From the NCBI GenBank assembly GCA_001949185.1, contig BDGG01000016.1, forward strand, positions 124,001 to 188,000: a stretch of DNA of 64,000 nt, given 5' to 3'. This DNA is from Ramazzottius varieornatus (taxonomy: Eukaryota; Animalia; Tardigrada). Shown one piece after another: positions 24,056-37,300 of the stretch. Every line of letters starts with the position of its first letter. Within the stretch, counting starts at the first letter, position 1. Under the pieces are notes generated by a model. The model ran no database searches, was not told the origin of the DNA, and saw only the letters and a list, made by a program, of their open reading frames with translations. The position numbers and the translations under genes are program-made.

Positions 24056-27000
24056 TTTCCAGTATAATGAGATACGTCTTTCCGTCACTTGTCAGTTTTG
24101 GTGAGAAAGGTCATCACAGAAATGTCCATCACAGTCACTTCCATCAGGGTCGCCATACCTCAAATAGAAAATATATTGTCAGGAAAGTCTAATAACCGGT
24201 GACATGAAAAGCAGAGACCTCTCAGCAATGCGCTTTTTCTCCCCGCGTCAAAATTATTGACATGTCCGCCATAAAAGGTCCATGGCGGGTCTCCCAGGGA
24301 CCTGAACAAGGGCGAGCACAACATACAGCAGCCAATTATGCTGAGAAAGCTTTTTGGGTAAAAAGCTCAGGGATTCGTCTCACCAGAGAGATAAGTTCCT
24401 TTCCCGCGTATAGCCTGACAAGTACTTGGAGCAATGTAATTCATAATAATGTCTGGGTATGGGTTCCTCGGAAAGAAAGGGGAAACAGCGAATAAATGCT
24501 GACGTGAGTATACTGGGCGGATATAATTCGATCATGGATTACCGTCTGATCCAGATGACCGTATACAGACAGAGTACTTTCCAACAGGAAGCCTGGAAAT
24601 AGAATGAGGGAACCATACTCTTCGGGAAGCGGAAGCCGAGGCGTGGTTAAGGACTTGATGAAATGTAGCGCCCTGAATTGGCCACGACAGTAACGTCTCG
24701 TTTCCCCCTCTTCCCTCCATTCCACCTTTGAGTGAATAGGCTTCTAAACGCGTTATGTTGCTGACTTGGCGACAATTGGATTTTTTAATAGCTTTCCTTT
24801 CTTTTTTCCCTCGACTAGCCTGACAAGCCTTGCCTGGATGACGAGGAAGAAAGGAAATGGCCTGTTTCTCTTCCTTTCGGCCAGGCGGAAGGCAATATGC
24901 TAGAGTCTTAATGGGAGAAGCTTGTAGATGTTACGTCAGGCAGAGCATAAACGCCGCTGCCAGAAAGTTGAGGAAAAGTACTGCATGACAGCGTACTTAC
25001 GAGTGTCTGGCGACCAACTGGGTGCGTCAACGACACACCAGTTGTTGTGAATGTAAATAATCGTTTCACAGGCTGAATGAGCGCGCAGGCTTACAATGCG
25101 GAAGGACCCCGCAAAAGAAGTCCACAGGGTTAGTCCACCTAAGTTTAGGCCAGTGACGTACACCCCGGGCCTGATATACTGTCTGGCGCCCAGCGCCAAA
25201 CTTGATTGGCGAATGGCTGTTGAAATGCATACACTGCCAGATGATTTTTACGGGTACGTCACGTGACTGAGCAGAACCTTGGAGATTGGAGGGAATGTGT
25301 AAAGCTTTGGTACAGTCACTGTATACCACGCTTCTTCCCGAGCTTGTGTACCCGTGATACCACCAAAAGCCCGCCCAACACGATAGCCCTCAATAGCCCC
25401 TCATCGCCTTAAGGTGAACGCGATACAATCTGTTCTAATCTATTTCTACCTCTGCTACGAACTCGGGGTTTTCGATACCAAAAATCGACGATGGTACGAT
25501 CGAAGGCTAGAGGGTGAACAACGGGTTTGCCGTTGTCGATAGTCGGAATGTCCTTCCGTTGAACTTTAAACAGAGTTTAAAGTTGAAACTCCCAAACGCT
25601 GCTAGTAATTCATCTCATAAAATTTTTTTGAATTTGGCATACCACTGTGGCCACCACGCCGATGTCTAACCATTTCTTACTCGATACTTTTACAGCGCAT
25701 CGGCAACCGCAGTTAAATTTTAAAACGTGTGTTTTTGGGACGTATGTGGCGAATTCTTGATGAAGGAATGATGGCATCCTTACCAAAAGTAAGAAACAAA
25801 AAAAGTTCATTGTGGTCTATCGTGTGGATTTTGTTTCGGACTTTTCAGCGTGAATTTAACACTTTCAGCACGATCGTTTTCATGTTTGCAGAATACTACC
25901 GTCCTCTTTGTGTATACAGGAATTTTATTGGCTGGTACCGTGTTGCGGAGGCTGGTCAAACCAATAGGCAATCTTCGAAATTCCAAAATTCGGATAATTG
26001 ACAGGCCATGAACGCCAAATCTCAAAAGGGAGAACTGGTCGTCTTGATTTTCTTCTGACCGCACTGATGACTACAAAATTTATCCCAGGCTCGGCTTCGA
26101 TAGATAAGACTGTCCCCAGTGCTCCAGTTTTTTTCTAAGCGAATTCCGTGCACGTGTCTCGCGGGAAGAGACGAAACACCAAATTTCGCCAAAACCACCC
26201 GAAACCGTAGAAACAATTTCCAGCGTGCTGGGGCTCTGCTGACCGCTGGTCATTAGTGTTGCTTCGGTGAGAAGACCGAGGTACATGCAAGCAAAAAGAC
26301 CCAGACTCGAGAGACCAATAGCTAAAACTGGGAGGTGAATAAAACTGAGTGATTGTATACAAAAAAAGAGGGCGATCGTACGCAGAGTGTTAAATGTGAA
26401 TAGCCACAGCGTGGTCAGCGCCTGCTTTCTATAACTTCCTGGTTGACGCTATGATGGCTGCTCGACTCACACAGACGTTGCGAGATACCGTTTCATGTAT
26501 AGGCTTCTTGATACCTATTAGTGTCGGGGATATCGATAGACAGAGACTATCCAAAGAGAAAACCATGAATTCCAGCCTAGTCAGGAGGCAAACTTTGCCT
26601 ACAAACCTACCCCACAAAACTCGCGCATTTCCGGGACTTGCGAAAAATCCAATTTTGCCTCGCTCACGACTAATTTCCGTTGATCAAGCAAACTCAAATT
26701 TTAAATCAACCGTTTGCCACATAAACAGCTCGTCGTGAGGAAGACTATTGAAAGTGACCACTGTCCACTCAAACTCGATTAACTCGTCTGTGCTTCCTTC
26801 TTTTACATTTCTTCTAGCTGTATACCAGCAGTTTCTTCGAACCTTCGGCCTTTCGGCTTCTTTGCAATAACTTTCCTATCGATGTGCCTCTTGGAAGCCG
26901 AACTGGAAAGCTTAGATTTTCGGGGCATTTTATCACGAAAGAAAAAGAGAAAAAAATATTAGAGCGCTCCGGCTATCGGACACGGCCGATGAAACGAAAA

Positions 27001-27474
27001 GAAGAAGAATCAACCTTGAATGATATCAAGGAAGCATCGAAGAAAAGTCAGCGCTGAAGAGCGCGGTGTCTTCTGTTTACTTGGACGTAATTACCCGCGC
27101 AATAAAGGGAACACCTTGTTGCAATTTCGCGTTGGATATTTTCTTGAGTCGCAAGGCAGATCACTTGCGCTCTCTGAGATGGACCATCTAAATAGAATCT
27201 AGAGGGTACACTGGCTAATTGCGGGTTCCACATATTCATATGTCATGCCGGTCTTCGTTGTGATTCAGATCACTTTTCATTTTTGTGAGAAGCATCGAAA
27301 AACGCCCGATTTTTTGAATCTAGTATCGAAAACCTGGCACGACGCGTTTTTATTTGTATCGCTTCCACTTTATGAGTTTCCTTAGTCGGTCAGACGCTCC
27401 GACAAGTTCGATCCGTAATCCAAACCTATCCAAACCTACAGCTGCCACCAATGGGACTGCCGGCCAGACGCAGC

Positions 27475-27953
27475 CAGGTCCCGTCCCTAACCAGCCTGCT
27501 TCAGGCGCTGGGGAGACACCGGTCATGGTCATTAATAAACCGACTTTCGTGTTGAAAAAGGACAGGAAAGATAAATGGGCTAAGGCAGCCCAAGCGGAAA
27601 TCTGACGAATAACACGATTGTTCGAGAAACGGTTTCGAAGTTTTGGCACTCCAGGGGCAATCTTCAGCTGCTAATGCGATCTAGTATAATAAACATCGAG
27701 CAACCAGATTCTGACATCCATTTGTCATTTGACTAGTGGTCAGTTGGCTACGTCGCTGAAAGTCTGAAGGGGTTCAAGATTTTCAACTGGAAAAGTTCTG
27801 ACGTCACAATGACATAATGTAGCATGAAAATGCGTAGGTAGGCGTTCTGGCATTCAGGCAGGTCCCGTCCCTAACCAGCCTGTTTCGGGCGCTTGGAAGA
27901 CACCCGTCATGGTTATTGATGATGGGCCGACTTTCGTGTTGGAAAAGGAAAGG
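27475..27953 (+). repeat. ~95-bp diverged direct repeat (27475-27567 vs ~27858-27953)
   Basis: Both copies begin caggtcccgtccctaaccagcctg and end ccgactttcgtgttg.aaaagga.agga. Confidence 0.8.
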
Positions 27954-28389
27954 AGCGACAAATCCTTGCTCTTGCCGTCGTAGATACAACGGCTCAACAC
28001 CTGATCGCCGCTTTTGAAAGCTCAGTTTTTGCGGCGTTTGCCTATGGTTTCCTTCCTATTATGCACGAGTGCGGAAAAATAGGGGTCGCTGAGCGAGAAT
28101 AATAGCGACAATCGAGTTGCGAGAGTGATATCCTTAGTGCCGTTCTCAGCACGAAACAGCACTCATGTAACAGCTGAAAAGATGGACGCTAAAAGTTTCA
28201 ATCTGAGCACACATGCGGTATGAGAACGAATTGTAGAACTCACACAATGAGCTCGCTATTACCAAGGAAATCGGTAAATCCGAAAAAATAGTGAAACATT
28301 GGTCCCCTAAAAATCACAACATCGCATATCCAGGACCAGGAAAATCTCATTTGAGAACACTTGGCCCTTCCGATCGATGCTTCATCATC

Positions 28390-31300
28390 TCAGTGGCGAT
28401 GCATGAAGCAAGAGTTGTCTCCATCTTTTCCTCTAGCACCTTCGTGCCGCGCTCCTTCCATGAACTCTCCTCGTCCATACCGATGCTGAAGATGTGGCGG
28501 TAAAGAAGGCAGGGTCGTCTGGCTGGAGCTCTTTGAGAAGTAGACCGACGAAGACGAGTTTTGTCCCGGCACGTGGGAGTTAGTCACTGACGACCGCTCC
28601 GACGGCATGTGCGGAAAGTCGGCAATCTCGGCGTAGACTGCCGCCATTTGGCCGTAGTACTCGGGGTACCATAGCAAGTAGTCAAACTTCTCGCAGTGCG
28701 GCGGCGGCTGTATGCCGTCGTGAGGCAAACCTATTAGGATAAACCGGCTAAAAGACGGCCACACATTCCAACAAAGAGGAATAAAATACCTGCGCCAAGC
28801 CGCACTTTGGGCTGTGCTCGAACGCATCGACTATTACCACTGCTAGCCGAGGACGAGCTATGCGAGCACCGTTCTTGATCGCTAGGTCGCTTGTACTGTT
28901 CTTCGTCTCCACCCTCAATGTCGAACCGGTGGATGCTTTCGTGACTTCCGGGCGCGCTAGGTGGTAAAGGGACTTTCAGCGTGTAGTCACCCATCTCATC
29001 CACGTCGGGCAAACCTGAGTCTGGCATCACACTAGGAAAACTGCAAACCATCAGCCAGCAGTTAGTTTTCTTACTTTCAAACTCGACAGAAAGGGGGAAC
29101 TTACCCAGTGCCTCGTCGGCCCTTCTTGTAGGCGTTGGACGGACAGTAGCGTGCACCATACATTGTCCTAACTTCATCATCTTCGGCTGAGCCGCGTCCG
29201 CTAGACGAAGCGTCCGAACAGTGCATGAGGGTACCGTTGATGGGGTCGTGGTAGTGGTTGCCGCCATGAACCGAGTTGTCGATACCATGGAAGGCCGAGT
29301 ACTGCAGACCGTTGTCCGAGTGGACATATGCCTGTCGCCCGCGACACTTTCGTCGCTGCTTCCGTACGCAAAGCGCAGCGGTGAGAAGTAGCACCACAAC
29401 GAGGACCACGATACCCACGGCTACACCGATGATGACGTGACTTTGAGTTTGCGTAGATTGAGTGAGATCGTACTCGGGTTCGCCAAAGATCACAACCACT
29501 AACGTTGCGTCACTTTTTGAGCCTGGAAAAAGAAAAGAGAGGATTACAAGCCTAACCCAGCGTGAGACTAAGACGAAAAACCATAGTTTGATCACGCATT
29601 GTTACATGGGAGCTCGGTAAAGAAACTCGACCACATCGTTTTCCCAAGTGGCGCACGTCGGCACTAACGTAAGCTGGAAGCGTGCGCCACTTGGGAAGAC
29701 GAGCCAGAAGAATTTGTTTGCCGAGCTCCCACATGTGAAGTTCGTAACTTATGTGAAACCTAGTCGGGATAGATAATGCTTGTGTGTTTTGATACCTTCT
29801 CGTCCACTACTGGCAATGACTAGCGATGAAACTTCCGGCGTTATCACGTTGTTTTCCGTTGCCGTCGCATTATCCTGTTTCCCCGAGTCATTCTCTTTCT
29901 GGAAGTCCATCTTCATCGTAATCAGCCCTGTGGTATTGTTCAGGTACAGCATATCCGGTGCATTCTGGAACTTGTACACCACGGCTCCATCAGGCCCGGC
30001 ATCTTGGTCATGGGCCATCACTTGTCCCACTATTTCGTCTTTTTTGGCTTTGGGTGACACGTAAAACCTGTAGGCTTTCTGGGCGAAGACTGGCGGGTAC
30101 TCATCCTCACTTTCCACGTTGACCGTCACTTGCACATCGGCTCGGCGATCGCCACTGTCCCTCGCGGTGACCACGAAGTTGTAGGTGTGTTTCTGTTCGT
30201 AGTCGAAGGGAACTTTAGACAAGACTTTGCCGGAAGTGGGCTCAATTTCGAATGCACTTGAGCCTTCATCACCTAAAACAAAAATTCCCAGTAAAAACCA
30301 GCATAAAGAAGTAATGGAAAGTGACCAGCAGCCACTTTCGCAAACCTGCATACGGATAACCCACAGGGCCACGATGAGCAAGTGTATGTAGATGCATGAA
30401 ATAATCTTCATTCCACGCACTTGCATACAGGCACTCAGCGGATCATGGTAAGCTCGTGTATGCAGGCTCGTGAGGCCTTCAGACAGGAATCGGATACCTG
30501 CGATCGAGTACTGTAATTTCCCGTAGACGCCTTCATCCCTGTCGTAAGCCTGTGCAGTGAAGATTAGCGTTCCAGCTGGGGCATTCTCGATGACCCTCTC
30601 GTTGTACTTGCTGACCGAGTAGCTGGGTGCATGGTCATTAGCGTCAGTCACATAGATGGTGGCTTCGACCACCGAGCTCTGCTTTTCCATGCTCCCGCTA
30701 TCCGCAGCTTGGATCATCAGCTTGTACTCGGTCGTAGCTTCATAGTCCAGCTCACCCACCACTTCCACGATGCCCGTCACGCTGTTGATCTTGAACTTGC
30801 CGGCTTCGTTGCCGGTCAGGATGGAGTACGAGATGGTGCCGTTCTCGCCAGCATCGTAGTCTGTGGCTTTGACTTGGAGGACGGCCGTGTTCTTCGCCAC
30901 GGCTTCGTTGACGAATGTCTTGTATTCACTCTCGTTAAACTTGGGCGCCGAGTCGTTAACGTCGTCGATGTAGATGATCACTTCGGCCGTCGTGTTGCGA
31001 ACTGGTCTACCAAAGTCGGACGCGACGACCTGCATTTCATAAGAGGTTAACTTCTATTTCCATCGGTTCAAACAATCAGATTGAAAAGAAATGATCCTCA
31101 TTTATTTCACCTTCAAAGAGTACGTGGCAGTCCTTTCCCTGTCGACGTTTCTGACCAGCACAATGCCACCAGTTCGATCGTCGATCTGGAAGGCGTTCTC
31201 GACATCTCCAAGTAAAGTATATTTGACCGAGGGAGTACCGTTGGGTGCGTCGGGGTCCGCCGCAGAGACCTGCAGCACCTTGCGGCCAAGCGGGGCGTTT

Positions 31301-34300
31301 TCCGGTAGGTGGACAGAGTAAACCGTCCGTGTGAAGACGGGGGCGTTACGATTGAGGCTGGTGATGCGAATCATCACTTCGGCCAGGGAAGTCAGTTTGG
31401 GACTACCACTATCTTCTGCTTGGACACCTAACGCAGTGAGTGGCTGCGCGGGATCGTACATCAGCGTCTTTGTCGACGACAGCACACCTAAAAACGAAAA
31501 CAATCTTACTAAGCTGAATGCAATGCAATTCAAATGGCGCAATATCCAGTTGATGTATTCAGGTTTGTGATGCTTGCACGCAATAACCAGTCAAGACAAC
31601 ATCCACCTAAATACAAGCACACAAAATATTTCGTCGAGCAATGGAAAGCTTTACCCGTGGTTTCGTTGATGGTGAAGCCAGAAACAGATGGTAAAGGCAA
31701 TGTGTATTTCACTCTGCCATTGGATCCTTCATCCTTGTCGTAAGCGCGGACAGTCAGAAGCGGAGTACCCGCAGGTGTCAGTTCGGGTACCGTCACTTCG
31801 TACTTGGCTTGGGAGAACACCGGATGGTTGTCGTTGATATCGGCCACGTTGATGGTCAGCTTGGTGACAGCGGTGTGGACTTTATCGGAGGCTTGGATGG
31901 TCAAGATATCTTGTGCCTGTCGTTCGCGATCCAGTGGCGCGGCTACGGTAATGGCTCCCGTCCGTCGGTTGACGGCGAAGCGCTTGCTGTCGGAACCAAC
32001 GATCGAGTAGGTTAAGCCGTCAGAGTTGATATCGACGTCGTTGGCGGCGACAGTAAAGACTGTCGTCCCAATGGACGCACCTAAAAGACAACATCCTTTG
32101 CAATCGACGGTTCCAAATCAGACATCCGCCAGGGAGTGGCCGACTTATCAGCGCGAGCCATAGGGAGGTCCTGGATGCGTGACACGCCTTGATAAGTCGG
32201 TCATGGCTCGATTTGGAATTTCTTGAACATATTTTATCAACAGACTTTACAAAATCGAAACTATGTCTAGAAAGTAGACTTTGTGGTCGCACCTTCCGAG
32301 ACGGTGACTGGTCCGTACTGCGGAAACACCGGGTCGTTGTCGTTGATATCGACGATGCTAACTTTGAGGGTACACGTGCCGGTTCTTCGCGGTACTCCAG
32401 CGTCCTTCGCCACCACCGTCAGCTTGAAGGTATCTTGAATTTCGCGATCGATCTGTCGGTTGGTCTTGACGATGCCGCTGAAGGGTGGATCAATGACAAA
32501 GGCGCCATCGGTGTTACCGTCGACAATCTCGAAGGTCAGTTCGCCGTTCTTGCCCGAGTCGTCATCCGTAGCAAACAGCTGGAAGAGAGTATACGTCAGA
32601 TGTCTGGTTGGATTTGTGCTGTGGAGGGGTTTTTCTCACCTGTACGACAAAAGCCCCCTTGTTGTTTCCTTCAAGGACCGACGCGGTGTACCTGCTCTGG
32701 CCGAACTTGGGGGCGTTGTCGTTTTCATCGATAACATACACCAGGACGCTGGTGTGTTCTTGAAGTCGATCTGCGTCGACCGATTCAGCCAAGACGGTCA
32801 AGTTGAACCTGTGGTACTTCTCGTAGTCGAGAAGTTTCACAGATTCGGTGTTGTGACGAACAGACACCAATCCTGAAATCACAAGGAACCTTTTGAGTAA
32901 AAAATGTCTATGGTGGAAGAACGAAAGACATACCGGTATTCTTGTCGATCTGGAATATATCACCGACATTGCCATTGACAATCGAGTACGCTATCGCTGC
33001 TTTATTGCGGTCAGAGCGAGTTGCTTTGACGGTAGTGACTTTAGTACCACCTCGACTGTTCTCTGGCAGTGAAGCAGTGTACGAAGGTTGTTGAGAAAAC
33101 TGCAGGGTGGCCGAAGACATCGGTGCATCCCCCACCATGATATCCAATAATCCTGTGTACAAGAGCGAAATGTTGCTGAATGGGAAGAAATTCACTGATA
33201 CGAATGGGAGACACGTACCGGTCGAAGACTTCGGTGTGTTATCGCCTTGGTCCTTCGCCACGACCGTCATATGGAACAGCTGCCCGGGACCTTGTGGTAC
33301 GATATCGTCTTTGGCCGTTACCACGCCGGTGCTCGGGTGAATCTCAAACTTGTCCTGTGGTTTCTCGAAACTGAACAGGACGTTTGAGTTTTTGCCGGCG
33401 TCTTTGTCTTCAGCGATCACTTTCGTGATGGCTTGGCCGTTCCTGATGGCATCTTTCGCTTGCACGTGATACCTTCAATGGTGGAAAAATTCATTCGTCA
33501 GTGCTTCGTCGCTGTTTAGATTGGAACAAAAGTTACATACTTGTACTGGCTGAATTCCGGCGCACTGTCATTGACATCATCCACCATGATGTCCAGCATG
33601 ACTTTGGTGCTTTGCGACTTCTGGATACCGTTATCGGTAGCCAGGACCTCCACCCGGTATTCGCGGAGGACTTCGTGGTCGAAGATCCCTGCAGTGGTGA
33701 CCAGACCGGACGCTTCGTTGATTTGCAGCAGCCCTCGGGAATCGTTACCGATGGAGTAGCTTACTCGACCGTTCTCCCCCACATCTTTATCCACAGCTTG
33801 AACCTGACACCAGAAAAATTAAAATTATTCTCTGATAGTATTATGGGAGGTCAGTCGGAACGTATAAGACCGTTATCTCAAGTGGCGCACTTTCCCATGC
33901 CTATTGGCTGAGAACGTGCGCCGGTTAAGACAGAGATCTTGCACGTTCCGTTTCCCGGCATGTCTTGGGATAATTTGCCGGTGTTTTAGATACGTACCTG
34001 TTCGACAAAAGTTCCAACTGGTGACTCTTCACTCAAATGGACTTTGTACCAATCTTTCACGAAGACGGGGAAGTTGTCGTTCTGGTCCATGACTGCAATT
34101 TCCATTCGGCAGCTGCTGGACTTGCTAGGCTTCCCGCGGTCTTCGGCCACGACAGTCAGGACATACTTGTCTTGTTCTTCCCGGTCGAGAGGCTTACTGG
34201 ACAACTCACCGTTCTCGCCATTGATGCTAAACTTCAAGGCTTCGTTTCCGCTTTCGATGCGGAGGGAAACCCGAGCGTTCTCGCCTTCGTCGCGATCAAC

Positions 34301-37300
34301 CGCGACAAGCTTGTGCACTGTACCGAACTCGTTGTTTTCCGGTACGCTCAAACCGTGACAACTTTCGTGGAACAACGGAGCATTGTCGTTCACATCAGTC
34401 ACGGTCACCTAAAACAAAAAGAGTGTTGCGAGGAAACTTAAGCATGAACAGTGCCGCATTTAAGAACCAGACAAACCAATATTTCAATCACCAACATACG
34501 GCTTCCCGTTTTAGGTTGCCAGACACGCGTATGCAGGCAACTAATACATGAAACCCTCGCTACCTTTATCGTGGCGAAGTCGTACAACGACGGATTGACT
34601 TTGTTCGCAGCGTAAATGTTCATGAGGTACGAGCTCTTCGCTTCTCGGTCCAAAGGTTTGATCACCCTCAGATCGCCATTGCTCGGGTCGAGTGCGAACT
34701 GGCCGTAGAGGAACTCTTCGGGAATACTGAATCTGACTTGCGAGCTGACGTTCGCTGGAACGACGAAGGACAGGACGACCGTGTGGAGAGCGACGTTTTC
34801 CTCCAGAACGACTTCATAAAGCGTCTGATTGAAGATACTAAGCTGTTTGTTGGACGACTCGACCTCGATGGTCAGAGCTTGCATGGTGGCCAGACGCGGA
34901 GTACCGTTGTCGGTGGCGACGATGGTCAGTGAGTAGGACTTGGCTTTCAGCTCAGACGATGGTTTGTTCAGCGAAATCAAACCTGCAGTTTCGGTATCAA
35001 AACGTTAGTACGAAAGTGAGAGTTAAAACTTGACAGAAAAATTTTACTTACCGGTGAGAGCGTTGAGGTCGAATATCCCATCGTCATTTCCCCGCGTAAT
35101 CTCATATGTGACATTTCCACTCATAAAGGAGTCTTCATCGAAAGCCATCATCTGCGTGACAGGAAACCCTGTAGGCACATTCTCGGTGATACGGACGATG
35201 TTTCTCGAAACGAACTTTGGTGAATTATCGTTTTCCTAAAAGGAAAAGAAACTCGCTTAGAATTATTGGACCAACGCAGGACTGGGAAAAAAACGTTACT
35301 TACGTCTTCAATGACAATCTGGCATTTCAGACTGGTCATCTTTCTCCTCAGACGATCCGGGTCTTTATCGGAGGCTGTCACGATCAACGTGTAGTTTTTG
35401 TGTCGTTCATAGTCTATCGGTTCGGCCACCGACAGCACTCCAGTCATCGGATGCACCTTGAAGGAACTCTGTGGGAACTGGTGGGCGATCTCGTACTGTA
35501 CCTGCCCGAACGATCCAGAGTCGGCATCACTGGCCGAGAAGTTCCACACCGTCGTGTCAACCGCGATATTCTCCTTGACGGAGAACAAACACAGGTTCGA
35601 GCTGAACTTCGGTGGCGAGTCGTTGGCGTCGAGGACAATGACGTTAACAACCAGAAGGTTGCTCTTGGGCTTGATGCTGCTGCTGTCGACGGCTCGGATA
35701 CGCAGCATGTAGGACGGTGCCAGCTCGTAGTCCACTTCGCGCGCCGTGTAGATCTTACCAGACGTCCGACCGACCTCGAAGGCCCCAAAGACGTTACCGC
35801 GGACGATGGAGTAGGTGATGCGACCGTTCTCTCCAGAGTCGGCATCGGTAGCGAGGACCGAACCGATTTCAACACCGGCTGGCGTACCTTCATTCTGCAA
35901 TAAGTCAGGAAACATTTTAACAAGCTGTATACTGAGATAACCGCATTTTTTGTCAAGCTGCTACTGTATACTCTGTCGAATTCACCACTTCTTCATGATA
36001 TCGCTACCAACACTACATCTATCCGACAATTTTCTATACTATATTTCACAAAAGTAATCCGAGACTTACCACTTCGATGGTCATAACATTGGTGGAAAAC
36101 GTCGGGCGATTATCCTGCAACAAAATCCATCAAAATTAGCCAAAGTCAGAAAATGTAAGCTGTTCCAGCTTACATTTATGTCGACGACGTTGACGTTGAT
36201 AGCTTTCTTCGCCACCTTCACCGGGTTCCCGCGGTCCGATGCCACGACCATCAGCCTGAACAGCGCTTGTTTCTCATGATCCAGCACGACCTGGCTTCTC
36301 ACCGTCCCGCTGCTTGGATGGACGGTGAAGGCATACGAGTCTTCATCCTTCTCTAACGAGTACAGTACCCGTCCGTTCTCTCCTTCATCGGCATCTTTAG
36401 CCATCACCCGAAAGACCTCGGTTCCTTCCGGTTCGCCTTCCGGTACCCAGACAGCATCATCCACGGGTAGGACAATCACCGGAGTATTGTCATTGATATC
36501 GATCACCTTTATCGAGACAGAAGCCGATGACTCTTTTTCCCCATCACTAGCGAAGACCTCACAGGTATACGCGCCGACGTCTTCCCGGTCGAACGACCTT
36601 CTGGTACTGATTTCCCCATTAGAGCTGTCAACCTCGAACCCGGTGTCGTTACAAGTCAATCTATACGTCACGTTCCCCTTGAGACCCGCGTCTGAGTCTA
36701 CAGCAAAGACCTTACCAACCACCGTGCGACCGACTGTGTTTTCAAGAACGTTGAACGCGTAATGTGAGTTGTTTGTGAATTTGGGCGAGTTGTCGTTCAC
36801 GTCAAGAACGGTGATTTTGACGGTGGTCAGTGATCTGAACTGGGGCTGACCGTGGTCGGTGGCCTGTATGTGGAAGGTGTAGATGTCTTGAGTCTCTCGA
36901 TCGAGAGGTCGTCGCAGATAAACACTTCCCGTGTCTGGATAGACTCCGAAGATGTGGGCGACGCTAGCCGAGGGATCGAGCTGGTAGGTCACTCGTCCGC
37001 TCCTACCGGTATCCCTAAAAGAAAGACCCGTATTGTCGTTCTCACCCACCACAATCAAAGAACAAGTCGGCAAACAACGCTGCAGTTCTGTCACACATTT
37101 GCATACGTATGCATGTGCCTGATCGCTTCCTATACAAATAAGTAGTACCCATAAGCCTACATACACTTCACCATCCAAAAGTAGGTAAGCAGTGTATGCA
37201 GCTGCTTGAAGACAGCGTCAGTTTTTTCTACAAAATCAACAAAGATTTTACTAACCTGTCTGTAGCTTTGACTTTGAGGAGGACGCTTTCCACGGCCACG

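Noticed and set aside
26690-26928. Minus-strand basic frame MPRKSKLSSSASKRHIDRKVIAKKPK... with an internal stop
   Set aside because: No recognisable family; it could be a TE or pseudogene relic but this is unsupported.
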